Positions 1-21,548 of a stretch of 64,000 nucleotides of DNA are shown here, piece after piece. The stretch is from Saccostrea cucullata (lineage: Eukaryota). The stretch spans positions 124,001 through 188,000 of the forward strand of contig NW_026938566.1 of the NCBI RefSeq assembly GCF_032062105.1, given 5' to 3'. The notes under the pieces were generated by a model that worked only from the letters and a program-made list of their open reading frames with translations, was not told where the DNA came from and searched no databases. A program made the position numbers and the translations under genes. Numbering within the stretch: the stretch's first letter is position 1; each line of letters starts with the position of its first letter.

Positions 1-9242
<9,242 letters not shown>

Positions 9243-9276
9243 GGTTCAAGGCAGAAGTCCTTCTGCAGTGTCGCAC

Positions 9277-9287
9277 AATATGGCGGC
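9277..9287. promoter_or_regulatory. YY1-type motif near the ATP5F1A start
   Basis: AATATGGCGGC matches AANATGGCGGC, 35 bp upstream of the ATG, in a locally GC-richer patch. Confidence 0.4.
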
Positions 9288-9639
9288 AGAGAACGTGCGA
9301 AGCGTAACCCGTATGTAAGAAGGTCGCCCTAATTGGAGTAAGTAACGATGTAATAGGCCTACTGCATGTGACACAGAAATATTTCCCAGCAACAATAGGC
9401 TTAATATTATATTTAAAATGAATACCTCTTATAATAAAAAGAGGGTGAGATTTAATGTATAATTGGAAAATTTTTAAAAGATGGGTTTCTCGCAAAAATA
9501 AAACAAATAATTAAAAATATTAACAAAATGCATGTTTTCGGTGTCTTAAGTATTGAATAGGATATACCATTATTTATGGCATATGAACGTCCTATTATAC
9601 GTTCTATTATAGTAATTCAAAAGTAATCACCAAATTGTT

Positions 9640-9990
9640 AAAGAATTTTTGAAAATTAGGTCAGTATGAAGGTCAAGGTCAAGGGGTAAAAAATCAAAGC
9701 ATTCTCATTACAGGTGATGCACATGTCAAATATGAAAGTTATAAGGAAAGATGGCAGTTTTGAAAAGTTTTCTCAATCTTTAAGGTCAAGTTCAAAGGGT
9801 AAAAATTCATACTGTATTTAGAAAGATATGTTGTCACAGGTGATGTATAAATACATGTGAAATATGTAAGTCATATTTTTCTTATTCAAAAGTTTTGATC
9901 AAGATTACAGTTTTCGTGATAGACAAACAGACTGACAGCGTAATGAGATTTAATGTCCCTTGCTTTTACGAAAACGGGGATCGACAAAAA
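9640..9990 (-). mobile_element. Degraded HINE-like fragment, same family as 54748-55752
   Basis: Reverse complement of 9905-9990 reads ...GGGACATTAAATCTCATT...CTGTCAGTCTGTTTGTCTATCACGAAAACT, matching 54778-54836. AAGGTCAAGGTCA satellite motifs continue to about 10760. Confidence 0.65.
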
Positions 9991-10856
9991 GATTTTTTTG
10001 TGTAATTCAAATGCCCTGTTTAACACTTACGGTGAAGGTTAAATTTTCTGAAATCAAGTTGAACTCCAAGGTCAAAATCAAGAGATCAAAAAGTAAAAGG
10101 CTACTATACAGGTATATCAGTGAATGTACAATGTAGTTGTGACATATGAAAGACCAACAGCCAACTGTACAGTTCAAAAGTTATGGCTAAGCTAGGTTAA
10201 CGTTAAAAAAAGCCGCCAAATTGTAAGGTCAAGATCAAGGACCAAAATCAAGAATACCAAGGGAGATGATTTTTATCGAGGAATATTCATCTGAAATATA
10301 CTTTTGAGCCCTAGCGCCAGGGTCCTATATATTAACGGTATTTATATGTCCCTGTTAGCGCCAACTATTTTTTTTTAAAAACTTATGGTCAGGGTAAAAA
10401 AAATTCAATAAGTCAAAAACTTTAAGTTCGAGGTTAAAAGACCAAAACTGTTGGTATCCAAAGGAATGTCTTGTTACAACTAACAGTTCAAGTACACACC
10501 TGTGAAAATTCAAACATGAAAGCCCTCGTACTATAAATTGTTCAAAAGTTATGATCAAGGTTAACTTTATAAGTATTTCTCTTGGTAAGTCAAACTCTTA
10601 AGTCAAGGTCAAAATGTTTACTTTTCATTTTTCACCCTTTGACCTTGAACCTTGAAGTTTGATCCACTTAAGCAAAAACTTTAACCTTGGTAGTATCTTT
10701 TGTACAGTTCGTGCCTAGGCTTTTTCATTTCACAGATCTATATATTCATTTCAGATCTTTCTTTGAGTCAACATATTTTTAGAGCTGAAAAGAATGTAGT
10801 TTTTCACGAATATTTGAATTAAAAATTTATTTTCGAATATTCAGTCACATGTTTAA

Positions 10857-13509
10857 GGGGGATGTACAAGCCATATTGGAAAATTCTAAACAGTGTAAAA
10901 TAACCTCAAATACCAAGAATTTTATTAATACTCCACTAAACTAGCCCAAAGTTACTCAAAGTGCTAATGCATTAATTACATACTGTTAAATATTTGTAAA
11001 ATTATTTAAAAAATTAAGTTTATTTTGTTTTAATTAGGAGGAAATTAATCATGTGATATAATTTTTACCTGCTACAGCATTTACGTATGATGATAAATCA
11101 CCTCCTTGAAAATGATGTAAGTTTGATTCATTGATAATATGGCTACAACCATTTGTTTAAAGCTTTTTTCTTGTCATTATCCATAATTCTTGAAAATTTG
11201 ATTTTTCATAATGGGTGTCTTCCTGAGGCACATGTGTTTATTATCATCCGCCATTCCTCTGTCACACATATTTATTGAATAACATTGATTTTATAATAAA
11301 TGCGACCATAATAACATCAATCAAGAAATTATTAATAATCAATAGGTTATATTACTTATACTTTTATTTGTTGCATCAGGGAAATCAATCTGTTTAATGA
11401 AAAAATTATGATTTTAACCCAAGATCAGCAAATCTTGATGGAAAAACTGTTCTGTTTACAGTTCGAGTTTCCTCGATAAAATTATTTTTTGAGCACGTGG
11501 TTGGCATGTGCATATATCTGCTGTGGATATATCACGTTTATTACCATGATTATATTTAATTTTTCATGGAACAAGTCTTGATAATTTGTTGGTTTCTTCT
11601 AAATGCAGAAAAAAAGATATAAATGTCCTTAACATATGTGTTTACGGCGGGTCTTTTTTCTGTGGCGATAGAAGTTATTTTCAAATGGGGCACTGCAAGG
11701 AGGATGCTTAGCATTTAATTTGAAAATGTTAAACAATATGCGGTGCATGAAAAACAAATTGTAATTACATGTCTTACATTCGAAAATTGGTACATATGTA
11801 TATTTTGTTTAGAAGTTTCATGGCAAAAAATAGGCAGTTATAGGATTTCCTTCAGGCAAATTTCACATAAATAGCTAGATTGTTTGCAATGACCAACACA
11901 TTGTATGGAGTAATGTTTGAACACAAAAAACATCATGTCTCATTATGTTGACAATGTAAGCTCAAAACTCATTGAACATACGAAGCTTGATAAAATATAT
12001 TAAGTTGTTTCTTTGAAATTTAGAAGCAAGTACAATGTTTGCAAAGAAAGGTCCATTGCATATGCTATGTCTATCATCGCAAAAAAAGTGAGAGCCCCCC
12101 CCGTATGGAAATCCTATGTTTGTTTTTCAAAATAGTGCAAAAGATTAAAAAATTTTGCATTACTAAGTACGTGATGGAATATGTATAGCCTTATAAGACC
12201 ACTTGTTATAAAATATTTGGTTGCCCTCTCTGTATAATTGGAAAATTTTTCCAAATGGCCCAAAAATAAAACAAATAATTAAAAATATTACATCCCATTA
12301 AATGATATTTTTTTCTTTTTCTTCCGATCAACAATTATGTTTGAATTTTAAGGAATTTCTTTCTACCTATAGTAATTAGTAATCACCAAATTGTTAAAGA
12401 TTTTTTGAAAATTAGAGGACCACCAAACGTCATTTTAAAGATGGTATAAAATATCTAATTATGGTGATTTTTTTCAAATATGTAAAATTTTAATTTTGAC
12501 AATATGGGCAAATAAAATTTTCGTCACAAGTACCTGCATGACGTAAATTTTCATACTGTGACATCACAAACAAGGAACAAAACTTCAGCATATGCTATTT
12601 ATAGAACTTGTGTTTGGCTATGTTTTGATCTGAATTGTGGTTTTGTAGATATACAAATAGACTGACACTTTTTGATCACCCCTCGTACTAGTAGGTATTA
12701 AAACAAGGTCATTCATAAAGATTATATGTGTCTTATTTCTTTTGTGTTTCATAGGTGAAATTAAAATTTTGATAGATGATATACTAGTCAAGTTATCTAT
12801 GGCAAACTTACAAACTCTTAATTTTTAACTTTGATGTACAATGTATTTTTCCTTACCTGGAATGAACAGACTTTAAGTTTTTTTTTATATCAATACGTAC
12901 ACTATTTAACAACTGCCAAATTGATAATAATACTAAATAAATTACTTAAAGCAACACTAAACATGATTTCCTCTTTTAAAAGTGTTCATATGAAAATATT
13001 TTGCAACTGTAATTCTCTTCTATATATTAAAGATAGTATATGTCCCTCCATATTTTTTTTTAAAAACTTATGGTCTGGAAAAAAAATTCTGTGCTAAAAA
13101 TAAGACCAGTGCTGCTATCCATGAATTACTTTCAAGGAATGTCTTGTTACAACTCTTTTTGAAGACACACGGTGCCTTTTTGAACTTGAAATTATCATTT
13201 AAAAGTGTAAAAGTTATGATCATTTTCTCAACAAATGGTTGTAGAGAGAACATTAATGCACAGTTTGCAATATTTTTTTTCATTTTTTAAGGCCCTTTGA
13301 ATTCTGTACCTTGAAGTTCTAAAGAGCATATCAAAAGCATTTTTCTGCAAAAGTATAGATTATATATACACAACATGCATTCAGTTATGCATATTTATAT
13401 ATCTTTAACATAAGGACTTAAAATTTGATCAAAATATAACGTATTTTAGCCATTTGAAGAAATGTTTACATTTTGAATTAAAAATTTACGAATATTCAGT
13501 ACATCCCCC
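10857..13509. mobile_element. TTAA-flanked DNA transposon derivative (Kolobok-like)
   Basis: Perfect TIR GGGGGATGTAC / GTACATCCCCC, each flanked by TTAA (10853-10856, 13510-13513). No intact transposase ORF. Confidence 0.65.
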
Positions 13510-14080
13510 TTAATACCCGTATCAGTGTCATGCAATAAACTGTACAACATCCAGTCTTTGTTTGCAATGGAAAAAGGAATATTTCTCTCTAAACGAAAGC
13601 AAAGGCATTTTTCATCTCTTCTTGACCTTGGCTTTTGGATTGCATTTAAGCACAGACATAAATGTTATTTATGTAACTGATTAAAATTGAGGAACTTTAA
13701 CCTTCACAATAATGAATATAGGGGTCCTACTACTTCAAATTTAGAGTGAATAAAGAATCATATTTTGTTTTGAAGGGGAGGGGGTTGATAATAAAACTGA
13801 CTGAATTTAGTCTTAACAGATGTTCAACTTTTTTCAAACCCCCTATGCAGTTGTTATGAACAGTCCGAGGAATCATCATGTTCCCAACGTGTTACTGTAT
13901 TTTAGTCACACCAAAGTATTTCGGATTTAAACCGTTTGGTCATTTTATAATTTACTAAGCGAATTTGTTTTCCGGTAAAATATTGTATTGATTCTTTCTT
14001 AGACTTTTTGATCGATGAATCGCTAGATATGTCTCCGAATGGATAATGCTATCAATTATACATACATAACAGACAGGAAG

Positions 14081-16541
14081 ATGCAAGGTAATGCAATGTA
14101 CAGTACGTAACGTTAGAGAACTTAAACTGCCTTGTTAGGGACTAGGGAGAACTTTAGTCTCTGTGATCCGAGATTCCTCTGACTCTAACCCCCGCTTTTA
14201 TATTTTGACTTGTCCGCACAAGTCAAAATATAAAAGCGGGGGTTAGAGTCAGAGGAATCTCGGATTATAGTCTCTGTAGAGAAGTGTAAATTGCGATCAG
14301 ATGCAATGGTTATTGTGTTCCACTGTAAAAATGATATTTTGTCATGTTGGAGAGAACATGCATTTATATCATCAAAGTAGGTGGGGAGGGGGGTTACTCT
14401 TTTTGCACAGTTCCCCACTATGGGGGACATTTACACAAGTCAGTCCCCAATGAGCACTCACAGTAACTTATGGAAGATTACAGACGATTTAATTCATAAA
14501 TGAGAGGACATGATAATTGTAGGTGTCTTTTTCTGTTAAGACCTGAAATTTAATTTATTTTTTTCAGGAGGGGATATTCGCTATAACATGATGACCACCA
14601 GTAACTTATTTCGAGAAGCACAGGATGAAGAGATGGAGCATAAAGTTAAGAAAGGTTAACTTGCAGTGGTTATTTTCCTTTAAAAAATCAGGTAATAAAA
14701 AAACTGACATGAAAATTATTTATTTCTGTTTAATCATTTCTTTCAGTTGCTGAAAAGATATCAGAGAGTATGAACATAGTTGCCAATGAACCATCCTTAG
14801 CTTTTTTCCGCATTCAGGAACATGTAAGAAAATCACTCCCACAGCTCGTTGAACAAAAGGTAAACGATTTTGTTTATTTCTGACTGAAATTTAATTTAAA
14901 CATTTGTAAATAGAGGAACGCTAGAATGTTGGTGGCATCATTTAAAATGCTAATATGTTTTACGGTGCGACCGTTGGGGCGAGCGCAGTTATTTACTATC
15001 AAAAACCTTTACACAGCTTTTACTTGCACTGCCTACCCTTAGTTCCTGAAAAAAAGAAAAGAATAAAAAGAAATCACTTCTCAGGCGTCGGGATCGAGAT
15101 TCTGAACTTTTCGGAAGTTTCCGACAAAATTGGAAATACCCGAGCCGTTAAGTGACGAAAGTATGACGTCATATAAAGAGTCCTGTTGACTTAGAATGCA
15201 AACGATAGTTTTGTGGCATGGATATTTCATTAAATCGTTGTTTCTAATTTTTTTCAAGTAGGTTGTTGCTATGTTTTAGCCACCATGTTGCTTTGCACCG
15301 GAAAGGATGATTGGGAGTTTGGAATTTTTTCACGCGGTGAGATAAAAATTTCTTGGAACAATGTGCAGATTTCAACCCGAATTTCCTCCCTTCGTACACG
15401 TTAGTCTATTGAGCTCGCTGCACTCGCTATAATTCTTTAAAAAGAATTCAACTAACTCTAAACATTTTTAGCATAAAAGATATACAGATACATGCGTATA
15501 AATTTAAAACTTATTTTGGTTTTTGTCAAACTTGATTGTACAGCATGAAGTTCTGGAAACACAACAAGAGGTTCAGGGTGCAAGTTTCGACACAGAATAT
15601 GCCACACAGTAAGAATATAGAACATTTTATGTGAATATAAATTTTTTATACATTTTTTGTTGAGCTGTTTCTATTACAGCCAAGAATTATTGATCTAAAA
15701 ACTTGTTTTCCCACACAAATTGTCTTGATAAATAAAATAGACATGGTATGTAATATATATATATATAGATTTAAATTGTCCCCGACAAATTTTATCCAGA
15801 TGGTGAAGTTTGTTAATTGTTGGCGTCCAGATGAAAGAGGATCCACTGTACACAACAGTTGTACAGTTGACTTACACAACTGACTACCAATTACGTGTCA
15901 GTACTTTGTATTTTATTTTTTGTAATGCTTTTTCTTACTTTTGTATTATAGTGCTGTAAAAAGCCTTCACAAGAGCAGTGTCCACTTCCAGAACATCCAG
16001 GATTTGTTAAAGAATGCTATCTTCATGAAGCAACAAATAGATTATGAAGAAGATAGAAAGTAAGTTAAAATTCTCTTTGGTGCAAAGTGCCTAAGAACTA
16101 AAGATTTATAAAAAATATGTTTGTTAATATATGTAGGTATATCTTTTTCAAGTTGTAGCAAGTAAAACATTAAGCCTTTGGGATTCTTAAAACCTAGATT
16201 CTTGAGTTTTTCTTAGCTCACCTGAGCCGAAGGCCTCTTGTTTAATTTTATGTTGAAATAACTATACCTCCATGAACATATGAATGCTAAAAAAAAAATA
16301 CATTATGCCATAGTTAAAAATATAAACTTGTTTGTCTGAATTGTTAAAAAAAGAGAACAGTAGAACTTGTACATATATTTGTCAATGACTGACTGTAGCA
16401 GTTTTATAACATTGTGATTATCATAGACAACAGAAAAAGGCCCAGTCTAGCATGTATAAAGCCTCCCGAGATGATATCGAAGTATCAGTGTCTAGAAACT
16501 CCAGAGAAATGTCTGCCTCTAAATCAGACAACCAGTTGTAA
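14081..16541 (+). CDS. BORCS8: BLOC-1-related complex subunit 8 (MEF2BNB homolog)
   Basis: Exons 14081-14087 (ATGCAAG|gt; alternative start 14588), 14568-14654, 14747-14859, 15544-15608, 15952-16059, 16427-16541 (TAA). Translation ...[46 protein letters not shown]...[17 protein letters not shown] matches the BORCS8 core (ANxPSxAxxRxQEHVRxSLP). Missed by the ORF track. Confidence 0.93.
14166..14265. mobile_element. Perfect foldback mini-element in BORCS8 intron 1
   Basis: 48-bp perfect arms (14166-14213 / 14218-14265) with loop CCGC. TAGTCTCTGT on both flanks. Confidence 0.8.
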
Positions 16542-17542
16542 GACACAGCATGGTTGTTGTGCATGTTCCCCTTCCCACGTGTGTACAGATTTGTTAGTTG
16601 TCAATTTCACCTGGTAACTCTTCCTATTTAGTTGGCTTAGATTAATTGTAAAAGAACATGCATTTTCATTTGATTTTAAGTTTCTCATTAGGACACAAGT
16701 AAACATGGTACAATTTACTGAGAACTAATTCTGCATAAATATTCATGTTTTTAAGAAACACCTTGGAGAACTAATTTAAAATACAATGAACATTTTTTTT
16801 CATTTGACCATATTAAACTATCTCATAAGGACACACGTAAACATTGTACATGTACTATTTACCAAGAACTAACTCGGCAGATTAAACACTTATATTAAAA
16901 AGAAAACCCTTTGTCTGTTTAGAATCATTTATTTTTTGTAAAGATATTCATTCTGGTACAAATTAATCATACTAAAGATGTTTCCACACTCTTTGGAGAT
17001 AACCCCCCTCCCCAAAAGCCCCCCCCCTCTTTCTTATTCAGGCATGTGTACCTATTACTGTCCCAAACAGTATGTGGACCTAAGTAATATGGAGCAGATT
17101 TTTTGTTGTGATGGTAATGCTACATTGTTCAACATTTTAACAATTTTTTTTTCCATGGAGTGTTTTCTTCTCACCACTTATTTTTGCTTCTATGACCCAA
17201 ACCACAAATATTGTTTCAGTTCAATTTAAAATCTCTGTGAAGAATTATAGAAATCATTCTTTTTAAATTTTTCATTGATAATTTTAAAGTTTTATTTTCA
17301 AACACAAGAGTGAGACTGTGACATTGTGTAATTGCAAGAAATTTAAATAATGACTCTTACCTTGCTTAGTTTGCAGGTTTAATACTTTTTCTTTTGAACA
17401 CTCTAGGTATGTTGATACTTGTCAAACTGTTCGGTATTGTAAATTAATTTTGTAAAACAAGAGCACAGGTAAACATTAAACATTTACTGTTTCAGCATAG
17501 TTATCAAAGTTATAACATTTCATAGGTTTCCAATAGTTATCT

Positions 17543-17710
17543 GAAAAAGGCGAAGATAACAAAAGTGTTAAATCTAAATAAATTTACAAGCAATATTAAT
17601 TCATCAACAGAGCATACAGAACACAGACCCTCAGAAATTTCATAGATAGGATCAAGTGTCTAGGTGAAGAAAACATCTCCTGTTGGCCGTCCAAGCTCCC
17701 ATGAGCCCTT
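17543..17710. repeat. Old interspersed repeat, homologous to 30225-30282 and 59640-59732 (inverted)
   Basis: Shared skeleton GACCC..TAGGATCA.GTG..GAAG..CCG..CTCCC..TGAGCCCT between 17620-17708 and the reverse complement of 59640-59732. Confidence 0.5.
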
Positions 17711-18550
17711 TGTATCAATCAGTTAGTCAAAAAAATCCATAGTCAAATTAAGTATAAATTTATATAGTAAATTTTGTATGGTACTGACTGAAACATGACC
17801 CGATCTGATTTAAAGTAAAAAATTGCTTTGAGAGATGAATAAGATTAGCTGCACTACTGTATATAGGAGAGTTGTAGAATAAGTTTGGCCTATTGTGAGA
17901 TTTGAATTTAACTTCAGTTAAAAGCGAACCATTTTGTTCGAATTTGAAACTTTTATTGCTTTTTATTACCTTATAACATGCAGAAAAGGTTATTGTTCAA
18001 AATTGTATTTCATTAATCAATCACAAATATCAGACTGCTCCTCTACAGTAATTCATGTTAAAAATCTCTTAAGAAAGTTTGCCTTTACTTTTACTATTGA
18101 TGAGGTTTTACTTCCATGATTATGGAAAAAAATCCAACTTTTTAATATGCTTCATATAAAACATGTATGTTATATATATGATATCGTTTTTATCAGTCTG
18201 CGGTATTCCCTGTAATATATGTAAATATTTACATGTATTTAAACACAAATAAAAAGAAACAATAAATAAGCAAATTTGTCTTATATCTCTCATCAAAGAT
18301 GGAGAAATCATGCACATTTCTGGCAAGAATATTATTGTTGTGATGTATGTGAACTTTGTTGTGTATATCTTGGTGTATATAAACAATGTTGTTTAAAATT
18401 TATACCATAGCTTTGTTCAATGTAGCAAAATGCATGTATATTTCTTGAAATTTTCCATATTAATATATTTTTCATTCACACCTATAGTATCTTTTTTTTT
18501 TCTTCATATAAAACTCCGTAAGAATTATCAGGATTAACCTCTTAATTTAC

Positions 18551-19930
18551 TTAAGAAAAAAAAAATAAAACTGCATTTTACACCAATTTTGTGCAATTTA
18601 GGATTGTAATTTAAAGTTTTTAATTTAATCATATATAAAGAAAGACCTTGTTGTCAAATTTCCCTTTGAGGATTTTTTTTTTTTTCTTTTTTACATAGAT
18701 GATTTATTTTGACTGCCACCTACCCATTTGAAAAAAAATTATTATGATATCACACTCTACATTCAAATATTAAAACAAAGATAGTTTTAGATGTTATAGA
18801 AACTTGTTATTAAAAAAAACATCTGTATATTTATATTTGTATTGTAAAATACATGTCACTGTGCAATAAATATTTTAAATGAAAAAAGAGCAGTGTTAAC
18901 ACATTTTACTAAAAAAAAAAAATCCAGATTTATCATAACCTTAATAAAGCTTTGTCACCATGATATGTTTTAAAAAGATTGCTTGTAAATTCTTATTTGA
19001 TTAAAAAGGAAATCATTTTTATGACCCATGATTTTTTTTTAAATTTGTTTTTAGTTTTATTTTTTTTACTATCTGTGTGTACTTCACACAGCTTCTCTGA
19101 ACTTAAAAAATAATTTTTTCACTTTAGGTTTACCATTTAGCATATTAAAATTAATATCGAAATTTCATTTGAAAATAAAAGTTTTATGTACCAAAGGTTA
19201 TTTTTTTAATGCATATTATATTATGATCCTTTCAAATACTAAAGGTATATTTAATTCATATATAATCTAAAAGTTATCACAGTTTCTGTATACTATGTTC
19301 AGTAAACATCAAAGGATCAAATGTTAATTAGAAAGTCACCACGAGTCCCAAACAAGGTGTTCAGGGTATACACAGAGACCAGTAAGTAAGTGTATACCTC
19401 CAATGATTTTTTCACTTGATTGAAAGGGCTAGTAAAGGTATTTTTGAAATCTCTTAAAATCTCTGCCTTTAAGAAAAAAAAATAAAACTGCATTTTACAC
19501 CAATTTTGTGCAATTTAGGATTGTAATTTAAAGTTTTTAATTTAATCATATTAAAGAAAGACCTTGTTGTCTAATTTCCCTTTTCTTTTTTTTTTTTCTT
19601 TTTTACAGAGATGACCACAGTTTAAAAGCATAAGCTATAAATCCTGTGGATGAAGTACAAGATTTTAAAAACATTATAATCTTTCCTTTATAGAAACTTG
19701 TTATTTGTATTACATCTGTATATTTATATTTGTATTGTAAAATACATGTCACTGTGCAATAAATATTTTAAATAGATCAAGTGTAGTCCTAAATTTAATA
19801 TCTGGGTACATTCTGAAATACCTTTTTTATGCATTTTGAACAGCTTTTGACAGACTTTGACCGCATGACCTCTCATTTTTATTATTATTATTTTTTTTTA
19901 AATTTGTTTTTAGTTTTATTTTTTTGTCAG
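18551..19930. repeat. Patchy direct duplication (offset about 860-920 bp)
   Basis: Near-identical blocks 18551-18700 / 19469-19612, 18795-18880 / 19688-19773 and 19033-19067 / 19893-19925, separated by unrelated sequence. Confidence 0.85.
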
Positions 19931-19947
19931 CTATCTGTATGCATTAA

Positions 19948-20161
19948 TACGAAAGCCCACTGAGCTCATTTTGGTAGGTTAAAAAAAATAATTTTTTCGC
20001 ATTATAACGCGAAACTTTCGCGATATAACGCGTAATTTTCGCAAATAAACGTCCAGTAACTTTGCGTTTAAAGCGAAAATTATTTATTTATTAGAACTTT
20101 TCTTATTTCCGAAAAATTTATTTTTTTTAAACTACCAAAATGAGCTCAATGGGCTTTCGTA
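19948..20161. mobile_element. MITE with TACG..CGTA ends and 6-bp TSD
   Basis: TIR TACGAAAGCCCACTGAGCTCATTTTGGTAG / CTACCAAAATGAGCTCAATGGGCTTTCGTA. CATTAA on both flanks. Related orphan right ends at ~20672 and ~23453. Confidence 0.85.
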
Positions 20162-20742
20162 CATTAATAAGATATCAGAAAGTGGCATGGAATCCTCAAC
20201 TAAGAGAGGGGTTCAGTTGGCATTATTATACCTCTACTGATTTTTTCCTTTATAAAAGGGCAGTAAATGTGATTAATTTACTAGAAATCTCTGTGAATAG
20301 ACTAATCCCCGTGCGTTAGTTGAATGAGCTGGATTAGCTTCTGCTTCTGAAGCTAATTCTCCGGTTATCCGCTATCCTCTACTTTTGCATCGTTCTAATA
20401 TGTTAATGGACTTATCCCCATGCGTTAGTGCAGAAGCTAATTGCCCATCATTCGTAATCCTTTGTTTATTTTACTTTTGTATGGACATAATAAAACAGTT
20501 TAAAAGTATATCATTGAGGGAGTTAGCAAGATTTTAAAAAGGCATTATAACGCCTTTTGGAATGGAAAGGCGTAATAACGTCTTTTTTCGCGTTATTACG
20601 TCTTTTCAAAAGGCATTATAACGCCTTTTTAAAATTTTTTTCCCTCTAGATTGATCCTAATAGGCTTTCGTACTAATGTATGAATGAAGAAAAAAAATGG
20701 TTAGAAGTTGGAACCATCCACTTCACAAACACACATATACCC

Positions 20743-20745
<3 letters not shown>

Positions 20746-20809
<64 letters not shown>
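20746..20809. repeat. Poly(T) tract, 64 nt
   Basis: Uninterrupted T run, followed shortly by a C-run and (CA)n. Confidence 0.95.
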
Positions 20810-20811
<2 letters not shown>

Positions 20812-20973
20812 ATGTGAAGATTTTCAAGCAAGCCGAACTTTTTTCTCTGGTCTCTCTATCCCCCCCCCCCCCCCCACACACACACACATTTTAAGAAAGA
20901 ATACTTCGTCCCTGAAAGGCTTGGCCCATCACTGAGACCTTAGGTTAGAGGCCATTTGAAGATGACTTCATTA

Positions 20974-21483
20974 TGACGTCACAATAGTGGTTTGCTTGCG
21001 AAAGCCGTTGAAACAGACATAAAGAAACAGTAAGTAGATTTAATTCATATTGCAAATATTTTAAGAATGTTAGTACATTTGACAAATATTATTTGACGTA
21101 TGTTATGTGATATAGAAGGAAACGGACATTTATCTTGTGAATTATAACTAAATAGTTTAGAATTATTCCAATTTGCAATTTGATAACTGTAAAGCCGACG
21201 AACATTGACCCAAAGCTCACCAAAGATAAAAATCCACTATTTATAAGCCTAAAACCAACAGACCAGACGTGAAATTATAAGTAAGTAATTAAAGTTTTTA
21301 GTCAAGTAAAAGTAACATTAATTATTATCATACTTTATTGATTAAAGTGTTTTGTTTTTCCTTACGAGAACAGAGTAATTTCTAAAATATTCAGATACAT
21401 TGTTACGTCAAGCTCGATGTCTTTAGCGATGACCTATGACGTCATAATAGAGTTTTGTTTACACGAAAGTAGTGAAGATCAGA
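20974..21483 (+). promoter_or_regulatory. Two similar candidate promoter/first-exon modules with CRE palindromes
   Basis: TATGACGTCA(C/T)AATAG..GTTT..CGAAAG..TGAA..GTAAG occurs near 20972-21035 and 21436-21488. Each ends in a donor-like GTAAG upstream of the acceptor at 21537. Confidence 0.45.
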
Positions 21484-21548
21484 GTAAGCCTCTGCTGTGA
21501 ATTTTCAATCGTGTACAAGAATTCCTTTGTTCTCCAGGAACCGAAGCA

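Noticed and set aside
10857-13509. Autonomous transposase in the TTAA element
   Set aside because: Only short unrelated ORFs are present and no catalytic motifs were recognised.
16414-16617. Cys-rich 67-aa ORF as the BORCS8 C-terminus or a separate peptide
   Set aside because: Splice phase from 16059 selects a different frame ([12 protein letters not shown]...) ending at 16541.
20697-20935. Poly-Phe ORFs
   Set aside because: Artefact of the 64-nt T tract.
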